64,000 nt of DNA from an uncultured Candidatus Saccharibacteria bacterium (GCA_964651115.1 CAZYXJ010000001.1:380243-444242); one strand, 5' to 3'; counted from the stretch's first letter, positions 54,804-63,858 are shown. Numbers and translations are program-made. Notes: a model not told the origin generated them from the letters alone.

Positions 54804-55348
54804 TCTGTACATTGGATGGGAAGTCATTATCAGGCGACCAAATTTTTGGTCGCCTTTTTGTTGCGTGAAAAAAGGGCTCCTAAGATGTCTATGTGTTGTG
54901 TTTTACTTTTGCAATATTTGTGATAAATTGCGTCTCAGTGGAGTACTTTCAGGGCATAAGCATGATTAGGCCCTGCCTCGGCGGGTTAACCAGTCCTGCA
55001 GATCAGATGATTCTCACCGCCATCTGACGAGCATTAGAGGATCGAGATCTCCTCTGAGCTCGGAGGTAGTCAGTCCTCCATCGTGCGGTGACACAGTGCT
55101 TCGCCAGGATCATGCGCCCAATCAGCGGGGTTCGTCAGGCGCCAAGCGGCTAATCTCTCCACTTGGGCTGACGGTAGCCAGTCCGTCCGAACACAACAAC
55201 TCGCTGGTTGTCGGAATTAAGACCAATCTTTCTTACTAAAGATTGGTCTATTTTTTTACCAAATTTTATCCGTTTAAGAACTTTTTATGCGGCAAATCAG
55301 GGCGCTCAGGTTAATCGTAAAATATATAGAACTAAGCAACGCAGGTTA

Positions 55349-55570
55349 TCATTCTTTCGAGTTGCGGTTGGCGAAGAAGAAGATGTAGATAATCTCCAAG
55401 ATCCCTACGGTGTTGAGAATAAGTAGGGCAATAAACCACTTGGGTTCACCGCGCCGAGCGGCTTTCCAGAGGGCGGCGCCTTTCCAAGCCAGCGACCAGA
55501 TCGCCATGATCACAAAGAGCGGCCAATAAACTTCGAGCGTTTGCTGTAATTGCGTTAAATTGGTAGTCAT
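55349..55570 (-). CDS. small two-TM membrane protein (73 aa), hypothetical
   Basis: Two hydrophobic helices (WPLFVIMAIWSLAW; FIALLILNTVGILEIIYIFFF). Confidence 0.4.
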   Translation of the reverse strand: MTTNLTQLQQTLEVYWPLFVIMAIWSLAWKGAALWKAARRGEPKWFIALLILNTVGILEIIYIFFFANRNSKE

Positions 55571-55603
55571 ATATTAAGTATAATCAAGTGCTATGATAAC
55601 ACA

Positions 55604-55990
55604 ATGAGATTAGCCGGAATCGATTATGGATCTAAACGAGTGGGGGTGGCGCTCACGGATGAGTCGGGGCGTTTTGCTTTGCCGTTGGCCGTTTTCCCCA
55701 ATGATGCTGATTTGGTCCCAGCGCTCGCGACGTTGTGTCGCGAGCGCGGCGTCGGGACGGTCGTCGTCGGCGAGTCGCGCACCCTGGCTGGTCAGCCCAA
55801 TCCGATTATGAGTCGAGCGCTGGCTTTTGCTCGGCAGCTGCGTGCGGCTACTAATTTGCCGATTGAGTTCGAACCAGAGTTTTATACCAGCGCGGAGGCC
55901 GAGCGATTGCAGGGCAAGGTCAAAGATCTTGATGCTTCAGCTGCCGCGTTAATTTTAAAAAGTTACATTGATAAGCAATCTAAGTCATAA
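55604..55990 (+). CDS. ruvX: putative pre-16S rRNA nuclease / Holliday junction resolvase-like YqgF (RuvX)
   Basis: MRLAGIDYGSKRVGVALTDESG N-terminal motif. Confidence 0.8.
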   Translation: MRLAGIDYGSKRVGVALTDESGRFALPLAVFPNDADLVPALATLCRERGVGTVVVGESRTLAGQPNPIMSRALAFARQLRAATNLPIEFEPEFYTSAEAERLQGKVKDLDASAAALILKSYIDKQSKS

Positions 55991-55993
55991 ATT

Positions 55994-56323
55994 ATGAATG
56001 TTAGTTACGATCAATTTAAGTTAGTCGAGATGCGGGTGGGCGAGATCTTAAGCGCTGAGCGGGTGCCCGAGACAGATAAACTTCTCCGCTTGTCGGTAAA
56101 TTTTGGGGAAGCCTCGCCGCGACAAATTGTTTCCGGCATTGCCGCTTACTTTCCTGAGCCGGCCTCACTTGTGGGTACTAAGTGTGCTTTTGTGACTAAT
56201 CTCGAGCCGCGCGTCATTCGCGACCTAGAGAGTCAGGGGATGATCATGGCCGTGGGCGAAGGCGAAACTTTTTCATTACTGCGCGTCTCGGCCAGTGCTG
56301 TTCCGGGTAGTCCGGTAAAATAA
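55994..56323 (+). CDS. tRNA-binding domain protein (CsaA/Trbp111-like OB fold)
   Basis: FKLVEMRVGEILSAERVPETDKLLRLSVNFGE is typical of EMAPII/CsaA tRNA-binding domains. Confidence 0.65.
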   Translation: MNVSYDQFKLVEMRVGEILSAERVPETDKLLRLSVNFGEASPRQIVSGIAAYFPEPASLVGTKCAFVTNLEPRVIRDLESQGMIMAVGEGETFSLLRVSASAVPGSPVK

Positions 56324-56360
56324 TTTTCGACGCGACTTAAGTGCGGTATACTTATAAGCG

Positions 56361-57458
56361 ATGGTTGCTCCGTCGCTCTTTAAGTTTTTGGCGCCGCCGC
56401 GATACCTCGCGCTTAATCCGGTGGGCCTCGACATTTCCGATCAGTCGGTAAAATTTTGCCGTCTAACCTACGGTCGCCGAGGATTGCGAGTGGTGGCGCT
56501 TGGCGAGCGCGCTCTGTCGGCCGGCTTGATCGAACGTGGTCGCGTGCTGGACGGCGCTAAGTTATCGGAGGCTTTGCGGGGCTGGATTAAAGATTTTGGT
56601 TCGCGCTTTGTCTACGCCTCCTTGCCGGAAGAGTTGGGCTACGTCGTTAAGATGGGTTTGCCGGCGCTCAAGCCCGTCGAGCTGCGTCAGAGCATCGAGC
56701 TCCAATTAGAGGAGTATGTGCCCTTGCCGGCCACGGGGGTAGTGTTTGATTATGAGGTAATCCATGCGCCCGCTCACGTTCATGATGGGTATGATCTGGC
56801 CGTCTCGGTCTTCCCCAAAGAGATGGCCGAGCAGTATACCCAAGCTCTAGCCGGCGCCGGTCTCGCGCCTTTGGGTCTGGTGATCGAGGCACAGGCCATA
56901 GCCCGATCTTTGCTGAAGCGAGGGAGTGAGGGAGCCGCTTTGTTGATTGACGTGGGCAAGACGCGTACGGGCTTGTTTGTTACCGTGGGGACGCGCGTGG
57001 TGCTGACTTCCACAGTGGACCAAGTTGGCGGCGATCTCATCAATCGAGCGGTGGAGCGTGGCTTGTCGGTGTCTCGCGAGGAGGCGATTAAGCTTAAGCG
57101 AGAGCATGGATTGTTGCAGTCTGGTGACGGTAAGGTGCTTAACGCGCTTTTGCCAGCGGTCTCGGTGTTGCGCGATGAGGTGGGCAAGTTCTATGACTAT
57201 TGGCGCGCGCACGAGGGGGGCAAGGCGGGGAATGGCGGGGCTCTTAAGCGGATAATTTTGTGCGGGGGCGAAGCGGCTCTGCCTGGCTTGGTCGAATATC
57301 TAGGTTCAGGTCTAGACGTGCCGGTGGAGCTGGGCAATGTTTGGACCAATATTATTGATACCGAAAATGTGGTGCCGCCTCTGCCGCTGACCGAGTCTTT
57401 GCGTTACGCGACCGCTTTGGGTTTGGCTTTGCGACCCTTTAATCATCTGCCACTATGA
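56361..57458 (+). CDS. pilM: type IV pilus assembly protein PilM (actin-like ATPase fold)
   Basis: N-terminal GLDISDQSVKFCRL; about 365 aa; followed by pilN-like and pilO-like genes with overlapping stops and starts. Confidence 0.6.
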   Translation: MVAPSLFKFLAPPRYLALNPVGLDISDQSVKFCRLTYGRRGLRVVALGERALSAGLIERGRVLDGAKLSEALRGWIKDFGSRFVYASLPEELGYVVKMGLPALKPVELRQSIELQLEEYVPLPATGVVFDYEVIHAPAHVHDGYDLAVSVFPKEMAEQYTQALAGAGLAPLGLVIEAQAIARSLLKRGSEGAALLIDVGKTRTGLFVTVGTRVVLTSTVDQVGGDLINRAVERGLSVSREEAIKLKREHGLLQSGDGKVLNALLPAVSVLRDEVGKFYDYWRAHEGGKAGNGGALKRIILCGGEAALPGLVEYLGSGLDVPVELGNVWTNIIDTENVVPPLPLTESLRYATALGLALRPFNHLPL

Positions 57459-57967
57459 TTAATCTTTTACCACCAGAAGAAATTAAGGCCCGGATCCGGT
57501 CTTATCACGCTCGGCGGCGAGTGGTTTACGGGGGAGCGATTTTGGGTTGGGTGGTGGTGGCGGTTATTTTGACTGGCGTGGTTTACGCCCGATTGCACTT
57601 TAATCAAGTCGCCGTGCCGCCTCTGCCCGAGATTACTCAAGCTGGTGCCGATCTGGCCGCTTTGCCTAAGCGTTTGGACCGCTTGAGTACGGACCTCGCT
57701 AAGCAGACGGCCTTTCTTGATTTGCTTGGCAAGACTCTGTCGCACCGCAATCAAGCCGTGCGGATCACCGACATCCGTTATGCCGAGGAGGATAAGACTC
57801 TCCAGATTGAGCTGGCGGGCTTCGCGCTGAGCCGGCAAAGTTTGCTCCAGTTTTTAGAAGAGTTTAAGAATGATCCCACCTTTAGCGTGATCGATTCGCC
57901 GATTTCTAATCTTATTAAAGAGCGCGACGTGCCCTTTACTTTGTTGTTGTCTGCTCCCGCACCATGA
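57455..57967 (+). CDS. pilN: type IV pilus assembly protein PilN-like
   Basis: MINLLPPEE start typical of PilN, single TM, coiled-coil periplasmic part. Confidence 0.55.
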   Translation: MINLLPPEEIKARIRSYHARRRVVYGGAILGWVVVAVILTGVVYARLHFNQVAVPPLPEITQAGADLAALPKRLDRLSTDLAKQTAFLDLLGKTLSHRNQAVRITDIRYAEEDKTLQIELAGFALSRQSLLQFLEEFKNDPTFSVIDSPISNLIKERDVPFTLLLSAPAP

Positions 57968-58473
57968 ACTTACGCTCACCCCACTTCCATTTAATAATGA
58001 TGTTGACGGCCATCGCGGTGATGATGGGGGTGGCCGCGGCTGGTGTTTATTTGGTGTGGCGGGAGTATGAGCAGACGATGGCGACTCAGCGGGCTTATTA
58101 TCAAGCCAAACATGAGCAGGAGGCGGCCGAGGCCACGGCGGCGACAGTGGCTAATTTGGCCCAAGAGTTGGCGGCCATTAATGCCTACTTCGTTAACCCC
58201 GACACCGTCTCCCGAGTGATCGAAGATTTAGAAAAGCTGGCGGCGGTAACCCGGGTTGAGTTTGCCTTAGCCGAAGCGGCGATTGTGGAGAGTGGCCCGG
58301 AGGTCCAATTGTCGTTCGCGGCGCGCGGATCTTTTGGCAATCTGACCAAGTTGGTGGGACTGATCAGTACGATGCCTTATGCCATTCGAGTTAGTGGAGC
58401 CGAGTTGGGGCAGATTGGCCCGGGGCAGTGGCAGGGACAGTTTTCTTTACGAGTAACGAGCTTCGAACTCTAG
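57964..58473 (+). CDS. pilO: type IV pilus assembly protein PilO-like
   Basis: Single N-terminal TM, coiled-coil, 169 aa; position after pilN. Confidence 0.45.
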   Translation: MNLRSPHFHLIMMLTAIAVMMGVAAAGVYLVWREYEQTMATQRAYYQAKHEQEAAEATAATVANLAQELAAINAYFVNPDTVSRVIEDLEKLAAVTRVEFALAEAAIVESGPEVQLSFAARGSFGNLTKLVGLISTMPYAIRVSGAELGQIGPGQWQGQFSLRVTSFEL

Positions 58474-58476
58474 ATT

Positions 58477-58821
58477 ATGAATTTGTCTTTTAAAAATTGG
58501 CGTCAGAAATTGTTGGCCGGTTATTACGAGCGACGTGATCGCGATCCGCTGAAGGTGGCGCTGGACCCTTATCATGATTGGGCGAGACTCTTTCGGTGGT
58601 GGGTGCCGGCGGTCGCTTTGTTGTTGGCGGGGGGAGCAATCGCTTCGTGGTGGTTGGGGCAGACGCCAACTCGCGCCGAGCGCTCGGCAACGGGGAGCGT
58701 GGCGCCGGCCGTCTCGGCGCCACGCGTGGGTGGAGTGGCGGCGATTGTCGCCGAGCGCTCGGCTAAGCATCGGGAGTATCTCACGGCTAGTACGACTTTG
58801 TTTGTTGACCCCAGCCGGTAA
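58477..58821 (+). CDS. hypothetical membrane-anchored protein (114 aa), last gene of the pilMNO operon
   Basis: TM WWVPAVALLLAGGAIASWWL; could be a PilP-like component. Confidence 0.4.
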   Translation: MNLSFKNWRQKLLAGYYERRDRDPLKVALDPYHDWARLFRWWVPAVALLLAGGAIASWWLGQTPTRAERSATGSVAPAVSAPRVGGVAAIVAERSAKHREYLTASTTLFVDPSR

Positions 58822-58840
58822 GCCAGAGTAGAGTGAAAGG

Positions 58841-58912
58841 GCCCTTGTAGTTCAATGGATAGAACACCGGACTTCTAAGCCGGCTATGTAGGTTCGATTC
58901 CTACCGGGGGCA
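58841..58912 (+). tRNA. tRNA-Arg (anticodon TCT)
   Basis: Acceptor GCCCTTG/CGGGGGC (two G-U pairs), D-arm TAGTTCAATGGATAGAA, anticodon loop CTTCTAA, T-arm GTAGGTTCGATTCCTAC. Followed by perfect palindrome CGCGGTCGAAC-tta-GTTCGACCGCG. Confidence 0.7.
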
Positions 58913-58963
58913 CAAAAAACGCGGTCGAACTTAGTTCGACCGCGCCGGCGGCAGAAAGGACAC

Positions 58964-59368
58964 TCAGCCAAATTTCAGGAACGGTAAGAGGTGATCAAGG
59001 ATGGTTTTGATTTTTTCGTGCCAAGCATCCTTGGTATTCAGTGCCCGCTTCTCCAGGCGAGGGGTCTCGAATTCTTCGGGGGAGCCGTCATCGTTGAGCC
59101 AGAGGGTGACTTCACCAGAGTGGGCGGTGGTCTTGATCCGAACGAAATCGGTTACGACGTGTTTACTGGAGCGAATTCTTTCCCTGGTGACAGTAAGCAG
59201 GTCATCAAGCAGGGAAATTTTCACTTTTTCTCCGAATTGGGTTCGGGCCGATTTTCTTTTCCACCCGCCTTCATTTTTGCGAAAAAGTTCCTGGTGTTCT
59301 CTGATGAGAGAGAGGACGTCTGCGAGGGTTAGTTTAGGATTAATTGCCTTCCTTTTTGGGTCGGCCAT
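58964..59368 (-). CDS. hypothetical protein (134 aa)
   Basis: ATG with AGGAGA Shine-Dalgarno. The track ORF 58964..59566 is trimmed because its 5' extension reads through tRNA-Val. Confidence 0.45.
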   Translation of the reverse strand: MADPKRKAINPKLTLADVLSLIREHQELFRKNEGGWKRKSARTQFGEKVKISLLDDLLTVTRERIRSSKHVVTDFVRIKTTAHSGEVTLWLNDDGSPEEFETPRLEKRALNTKDAWHEKIKTILDHLLPFLKFG

Positions 59369-59454
59369 GTAGAGTCTCCTTTTTTGGTTAAAACAAGAAT
59401 TGATGGGAAGGACTGGCTGTTGGCACTCTACTACACAATCGATTTTTTGTCTTG

Positions 59455-59527
59455 TGGGCGATGAGGGACTCGAACCCCCGACCTTCCCGGTGTAAACGGG
59501 TTGCTCTACCAACTGAGCTAATCGCCC
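59455..59527 (-). tRNA. tRNA-Val (anticodon TAC)
   Basis: Reverse complement: acceptor GGGCGAT/ATCGCCC, D-arm TAGCTCAGTTGGTAGAGC, anticodon stem ACCCG/CGGGA with loop TTTACAC, T-arm GGGGGTTCGAGTCCCTC. Confidence 0.8.
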
Positions 59528-59574
59528 GGCCCATTGATTATAGTGTACACTATACCATGCGTCCATAATTTACA

Positions 59575-60315
59575 ATGCCCGAGCCAGAAATTATTTTTCA
59601 GAACGCTGATTGCTTGGTTTTAAATAAGCCCGCCGGCTTGGCTGTCCACCCTGATCGTTTTACCTCAGGCGGGACGTTGGCTGATTGGTTGTTGTCTCAC
59701 TGGCCAGAACTTAGTGTTGTCGGCGAGCCAGTGATTTTGCCCGACGGGACGACGGTGCCTCGGCCGGGGATTGTCCATCGGCTCGATCGTGATACTACGG
59801 GCGTTTTGGTGGTGGCAAAAAATCAGACGGCGTTTGAATTTTTTAAAGAACAGTTTGCCCAGCGGACGGTTAGTAAAGAGTATCGAGCGATTTTGTTGGG
59901 ACAACTTAAGAATGATCAAGGAGTAATTGATTTGCCAATTGGCCGGTCGCGTAAGGATCCGCGGCGACGTTTGGCGGGGCGGGGGGCAACGGGGCAATTG
60001 CGCGAAGCGTTAACCGAGTATCAGGTTTTGGAGCGTTTCGCTGGTTTTGTGTATGTGGCCGCTTTCCCCAAGACGGGGCGGACGCATCAATTGCGAGCTC
60101 ATTTTAAGGCGATCTCGGCGCCGATTGCTTGCGACCCGCTTTATGGGGCGCCGGCCTGCCCGCCAGGCTTGGCGCGGCAGGCCCTCCACGCTTATCGCGT
60201 GGAGTTAGCCCTGCCGACCGGTGGTCGGCAGGGCTTTACGGCGCCCTTACCCCAAGACCTCACCGGGGCCCTGGAGCAACTTCGCGCCGGGCTTGATAAT
60301 TTAAAAGAGGCGTGA
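59575..60315 (+). CDS. RluA-family pseudouridine synthase
   Basis: Catalytic motif [19 protein letters not shown]; 246 aa without an S4 domain. Confidence 0.8.
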   Translation: MPEPEIIFQNADCLVLNKPAGLAVHPDRFTSGGTLADWLLSHWPELSVVGEPVILPDGTTVPRPGIVHRLDRDTTGVLVVAKNQTAFEFFKEQFAQRTVSKEYRAILLGQLKNDQGVIDLPIGRSRKDPRRRLAGRGATGQLREALTEYQVLERFAGFVYVAAFPKTGRTHQLRAHFKAISAPIACDPLYGAPACPPGLARQALHAYRVELALPTGGRQGFTAPLPQDLTGALEQLRAGLDNLKEA

Positions 60316-60331
60316 TAGATTACAATCTCGT

Positions 60332-60730
60332 ATGATCAAGATTTCTCCCATCAATGTGGACGAACGCAAAGTCCTCGACCTCTCGGCCGGCAACACCGTC
60401 CGGGTGTGGCAAAAGATCCAGGAAAAGGGTAAGACTCGTCTCCAGGCTTTTGAGGGTTTGGTGATTGCTCGTAAGCACGGCGCCGAGCCGGGCGCGACCT
60501 TCACCGTCCGCAAGGTGGCTTCGGGTGTTGGTGTTGAGAAAATCTTTCCGCTCTATTCTCCTTTGATTGATAAGATTGAGGTGGTCCGTCGCGCCAAGGT
60601 CCGTCGCGCCAAGCTCTATTATATTCGTACCAAGGTGGCCAAGGAGGTTCGCCGCGCCATGCGCAATGTCCAGTCTGCCGTCGCCGCTCCGGTAACGGCT
60701 GAGGTTGTAAGTGAGGAGTCTTCGGATTAA
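60332..60730 (+). CDS. rplS: 50S ribosomal protein L19
   Basis: [50 protein letters not shown] is canonical L19. Confidence 0.85.
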   Translation: MIKISPINVDERKVLDLSAGNTVRVWQKIQEKGKTRLQAFEGLVIARKHGAEPGATFTVRKVASGVGVEKIFPLYSPLIDKIEVVRRAKVRRAKLYYIRTKVAKEVRRAMRNVQSAVAAPVTAEVVSEESSD

Positions 60731-60741
60731 GCTAGAGGCAA

Positions 60742-60826
60742 GCGCGGGTGGCGAAATTGGCAGACGCACTACCTTGAGGTGGTAGCGCCGCAAGGCGTGG
60801 AGGTTCAAATCCTCTCCCGCGCACCA
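60742..60826 (+). tRNA. tRNA-Leu (anticodon GAG), CCA encoded
   Basis: Acceptor GCGCGGG/CCCGCGC, anticodon stem CTACC/GGTAG with loop TTGAGGT, long variable arm, T-arm GGAGGTTCAAATCCTCT, 3' ACCA. Confidence 0.8.
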
Positions 60827-60968
60827 TGGGTGATGTTTTAAAAACTCTTTTTTGGTTTATCGTGGCGTTGGGCGTCATTCTGGGCCTGATGGCTTGGTAG
60901 CTTGCAAGTTTTTTATCTAGTGGCATAATAAAGGCAGACCTGATTTCACTTTTTAGGAGGATCCTAAG

Positions 60969-61247
60969 GTGCAATATAAGGTGGTGATTAAGTCGGCGCG
61001 AACCGGACAAGTTCTCTGGGAGGCGATGCGGCCAGCCAAGTCCGCACTGCAGGCCCAGAACTGGGTTCGTCGATATCTGTTCGGCACAAAATCCTTTGCC
61101 GCGTTGGAGCAGGATGGGTATGTCTTTGAGACGGCGGAAGTGCTTCCACCTCGTCCTTCGACTTCGTTTCGGCAGCCGGCGTTCGCCCGTCAACTTTTGT
61201 TCTCTTTTTGTAATCAATCTGAGTCGCTGGCAGCTTTTACCCGCTAG
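60969..61247 (+). CDS. hypothetical small protein (92 aa)
   Basis: GTG start 8 nt after an AGGAGG Shine-Dalgarno. Preferred over the antisense 183-aa ORF that spans tRNA-Leu. Confidence 0.35.
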   Translation: MQYKVVIKSARTGQVLWEAMRPAKSALQAQNWVRRYLFGTKSFAALEQDGYVFETAEVLPPRPSTSFRQPAFARQLLFSFCNQSESLAAFTR

Positions 61248-61309
61248 CCGGAGACTCGTCGCTCTGGGCGCCCCTCTTACCAAGGGCGCCCTTTTGCTAT
61301 ACTAGGGGC

Positions 61310-61828
61310 ATGCTTTACACTGGCGCCGGCGACGGCGGATTAACGACCACTTTCGGCTGCGATCAAAAGATTTCGAAAAGTTCGGCGGTGGCCGAGGCGT
61401 TTGGCTCGCTTGATGAAATTAATTCGTTATTGGGCGTGCCTAAGGTAGTGGCGGAGGCAGAGCTAGCGGAAGTGTTGGAACAGGCCCAGCAGACGCTTTT
61501 TATCGTCCAGGCGGAACTGGCTGGCGCGGACAAGACGGTGCCGGAGGAGCGCGTTCGCGCTTTGGAAAAGTTGATTAACGAGATCGAAAAAGAGTTACCG
61601 CCGATTCGAACCTTTTTCGTCTCCGGCGGGACGTCGCTGGCGGCCCAACTCGACTTTGCGCGGACGGTGGCGCGGCGGGCCGAGCGGCGCGTGGTGGCGG
61701 TGGCGGAGGAGCGGTCGGTGGGCAAGTGGACGCTGGCTTACCTCAACCGACTCTCCTCGGCGCTCTATGCTCTTGCTAGACTCGCTAACCATAAGTCTGG
61801 TATAAAGGAGCAACCGCCTCGGTACTAA
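61310..61828 (+). CDS. ATP:cob(I)alamin adenosyltransferase, PduO-type (MMAB family)
   Basis: MLYTGAGDGGLTTTFGCDQKISKSSAVAEAFGSLDEINSLLG matches the PduO-type N-terminus (YTRTGDKGETSL...EAYGTVDELNS). Confidence 0.75.
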   Translation: MLYTGAGDGGLTTTFGCDQKISKSSAVAEAFGSLDEINSLLGVPKVVAEAELAEVLEQAQQTLFIVQAELAGADKTVPEERVRALEKLINEIEKELPPIRTFFVSGGTSLAAQLDFARTVARRAERRVVAVAEERSVGKWTLAYLNRLSSALYALARLANHKSGIKEQPPRY

Positions 61829-61845
61829 GCCGATTTCGGGTACAT

Positions 61846-61918
61846 GGTGCCTATAGTTTAGTGGTAAAACTCCGCTCTGTGGAAGCGGTATCGTGAGTTC
61901 GATTCTCACTAGGCACCC
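61846..61918 (+). tRNA. tRNA-His (anticodon GTG)
   Basis: Acceptor GGTGCCT/AGGCACC with discriminator C, anticodon stem CCGCT/AGCGG with loop CTGTGGA, T-arm GTGAGTTCGATTCTCAC. Confidence 0.8.
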
Positions 61919-61930
61919 ACACCTATATTT

Positions 61931-62185
61931 CTATTGCAGACTGTCTGACAGACGGCGTTTTAACTGTGCTAAAGCGCGGCCGTCCTTCTTGAGCGACGCC
62001 TCTCTATTCCGCGCATCACTCTCGGTGGAGTAAGCCTCGTAATATTTCAGGACAAAAGGACGGCGAGGTTTAGTGGAAGGAACTTTGCCGGTGTTGTGAT
62101 CAGCCAGTCTGCGTCGCAAATCATTGGTAGAGCCAAAATAAAGCTTGTCATCTTTCTCACTTTTTAGCACATAGACATAAAACAT
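61931..62185 (-). CDS. GIY-YIG nuclease domain protein (small, standalone)
   Basis: MFYVYVLKSEKDDKLYFGSTNDLRRRLADHN GIY-YIG motif; 84 aa; adjacent to a tRNA gene. Confidence 0.75.
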   Translation of the reverse strand: MFYVYVLKSEKDDKLYFGSTNDLRRRLADHNTGKVPSTKPRRPFVLKYYEAYSTESDARNREASLKKDGRALAQLKRRLSDSLQ

Positions 62186-62436
62186 TCCTTGATTATATGA
62201 TTTGCGACGATAGAAACATAGGTGTGGGTGTAGGCACCCAGTGATTTGACTTTCGCTCAGGATAAATAACTTCCTCCGCTACGACGGCAGCCACTTTAGC
62301 GGCCTCAGAAAAGTTGTTTGACGGTAAATTTAAAATATGTCAATCTAGCGGTGGTTGGCTTGCTTGGAGCAAGCTTTGGATTTGATCCGGTTTAGCCACA
62401 ACCGGGTCAGGCGGTAGTTATTACGAAAGGGGCGTC

Positions 62437-62769
62437 ATGAAAGGTGGCGACATTTATTGTCTCATGGTGTCTGGTCCTGGATTGACCGATGGCCTGCGCA
62501 GCCTCTTGTTTAATCAGGCCAGGAGACTGCTACAATATAAGAAGGGCTATTGCCGCTTTCGGGGCAGTGATTTTGAGGGAGCGGTTTCCACTACCAACGA
62601 GACGGGTGTGATCGGTTCGGTGTCGGGGGTGATCTTTCAGGCCAAGCTCGACATTGGGAATCGGACGATCGAGGCGCGGTATCTCGTTAGGGCCGGTGAC
62701 CTGGCCGACGGCGAAGGTCAGTGGATCGAATGGGACGGCACTCTTCCGTTTGATCCTTCGTTGAATTAG
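62437..62769 (+). CDS. hypothetical protein (110 aa)
   Basis: Preceded by a ~250-nt leader containing inverted repeats (TTGAC...GTCAA; GCTTGC-ttgga-GCAAGC); no family recognised. Confidence 0.4.
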   Translation: MKGGDIYCLMVSGPGLTDGLRSLLFNQARRLLQYKKGYCRFRGSDFEGAVSTTNETGVIGSVSGVIFQAKLDIGNRTIEARYLVRAGDLADGEGQWIEWDGTLPFDPSLN

Positions 62770-62915
62770 TTGTTGTGGGGTGCGGGGCGCACGAACGCGA
62801 GTTCCATTGGGGCTCGCGTTTTTTTATTGGCGGTATCTATTTGACTTTGGATTTTAATATTGTAATTTGATGGTCGGTGGTTCTTTGAGGAAAGCTAGGA
62901 TCCATAATTAGGAGA

Positions 62916-63479
62916 TTGAAAGGAGATGTCATGGATTCGTTTGTTGACAGGGCAAAGCGGTTTGCGTTGAGGGCCCATGAAGGGCTCTTCCGGGAAAATG
63001 CTGCCAGAGAGCCATACTCAGTGCATATTGAGGAGGTGGCTGATCTCGTTATGAAGGCTGGCGGTAACCCAGAAGAAGTCGCGGCCGCCTGGTTGCATGA
63101 CGTGGTCGAGGACACTGGCATTACCCTCGACCAGTTGAGAACGGAATTTGGAGAAGTTGTGGCCGAAATCGTTCATGGGTTGACCGATCCACCCGAGTTT
63201 GAGGGAATGCCAACCTTAGACCGCAAAATGCTTCAGGCCAAACGTGTTGCCACCGAAAGCGACAGCGTGAAGCTGGTCAAGATCGCTGATCAGACTTCCA
63301 ATACCAGATCGGTCGCGGTCGATCCTCCAGTGGGATGGAATCCTGAAAAATGCGTCCTCTATGTTGAGGGTGCGCGGCGTATTGTGGCCCAATGCCAGGG
63401 GGTTAGTATTTTTCTTGAGGCGGAGTTTGCCAAGGCCCATCAGGCCTCCACTCAAAGGTGGGGAGAATTCTCTGGCTGA
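62916..63479 (+). CDS. RelA/SpoT-type HD domain protein (small alarmone hydrolase-like)
   Basis: FALRAHEGLFRENAAREPYSVHIEEVA...AAAWLHDVVEDTG...FGEVVAEIVHGLTD matches the (p)ppGpp hydrolase HD domain; 187 aa and no synthetase domain. Confidence 0.6.
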   Translation: MKGDVMDSFVDRAKRFALRAHEGLFRENAAREPYSVHIEEVADLVMKAGGNPEEVAAAWLHDVVEDTGITLDQLRTEFGEVVAEIVHGLTDPPEFEGMPTLDRKMLQAKRVATESDSVKLVKIADQTSNTRSVAVDPPVGWNPEKCVLYVEGARRIVAQCQGVSIFLEAEFAKAHQASTQRWGEFSG

Positions 63480-63576
63480 GCCTCTTCGAAAAGAAAAGTA
63501 TCCTAAACCGCATGGCTTGCCTGGGAATGGCTTTTCTGGCTTGATAGAAGGGATAAACCAAAAGGAGTTTTTTAAA

Positions 63577-63660
63577 ATGTCCCCCGAGCGGCGTGAGCGG
63601 CTCGGGGGATTTGTTATGATTAATGGACTAAATGATGACTTTTCGGGAAAAGATTTATGA
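63577..63660 (+). CDS. candidate 27-aa small ORF / leader peptide containing a strong hairpin
   Basis: AAGGAG Shine-Dalgarno 10 nt upstream of ATG; encodes MSPERRERLGGFVMINGLNDDFSGKDL. Codons 3-12 form a 12-bp perfect stem CCCCCGAGCGGC-GTGA-GCGGCTCGGGGG. Confidence 0.2.
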   Translation: MSPERRERLGGFVMINGLNDDFSGKDL

Positions 63661-63804
63661 ATTGACGCGGGCCATCCCACCCGGTCGCGTCGCGACCTAC
63701 GGCCAGCTTGCCCTTAAGTCTCTCAATCTTATCCTTAAGAGTGTCTCAAGCTTGGAATGTAGATTGGTTGCCGCTCTTTTGCTTGCTGCCATGACTTTCT
63801 CCTA

Positions 63805-63858
63805 GTGAGAATGAAAAAGGGCTCTCACACAACTGGAGTCATGTGAGAGCCCTGCCCA
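63805..63858 (-). terminator. rho-independent terminator of serS (minus strand)
   Basis: Minus-strand transcript has GGGCTCTCACATGACTCCAGTTGTGTGAGAGCCC followed by TTTTT. Confidence 0.6.

Noticed and set aside
54804-55348. RNase P RNA / tmRNA / SRP RNA in the 550-nt non-coding stretch; SRP RNA in 1710-2025
   Set aside because: Hallmark motifs (GGAAAGTCCGGGC and ACAGAACCCGGCTTA for RNase P; tRNA-like TTCGAATCC...ACCA end and tag ORF for tmRNA; GGAAGCAGCC helix-8 for SRP) are not present on either strand. Left as unclassified structured regions.
60732-61283. 183-aa minus-strand ORF
   Set aside because: It runs antisense through tRNA-Leu and the plus-strand ORF with an AGGAGG Shine-Dalgarno; its composition is Arg/Leu-rich junk.
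63216-63680. 154-aa minus-strand ORF
   Set aside because: It overlaps the 3' part of the well-supported HD-domain gene and the intergenic hairpin; no Shine-Dalgarno.
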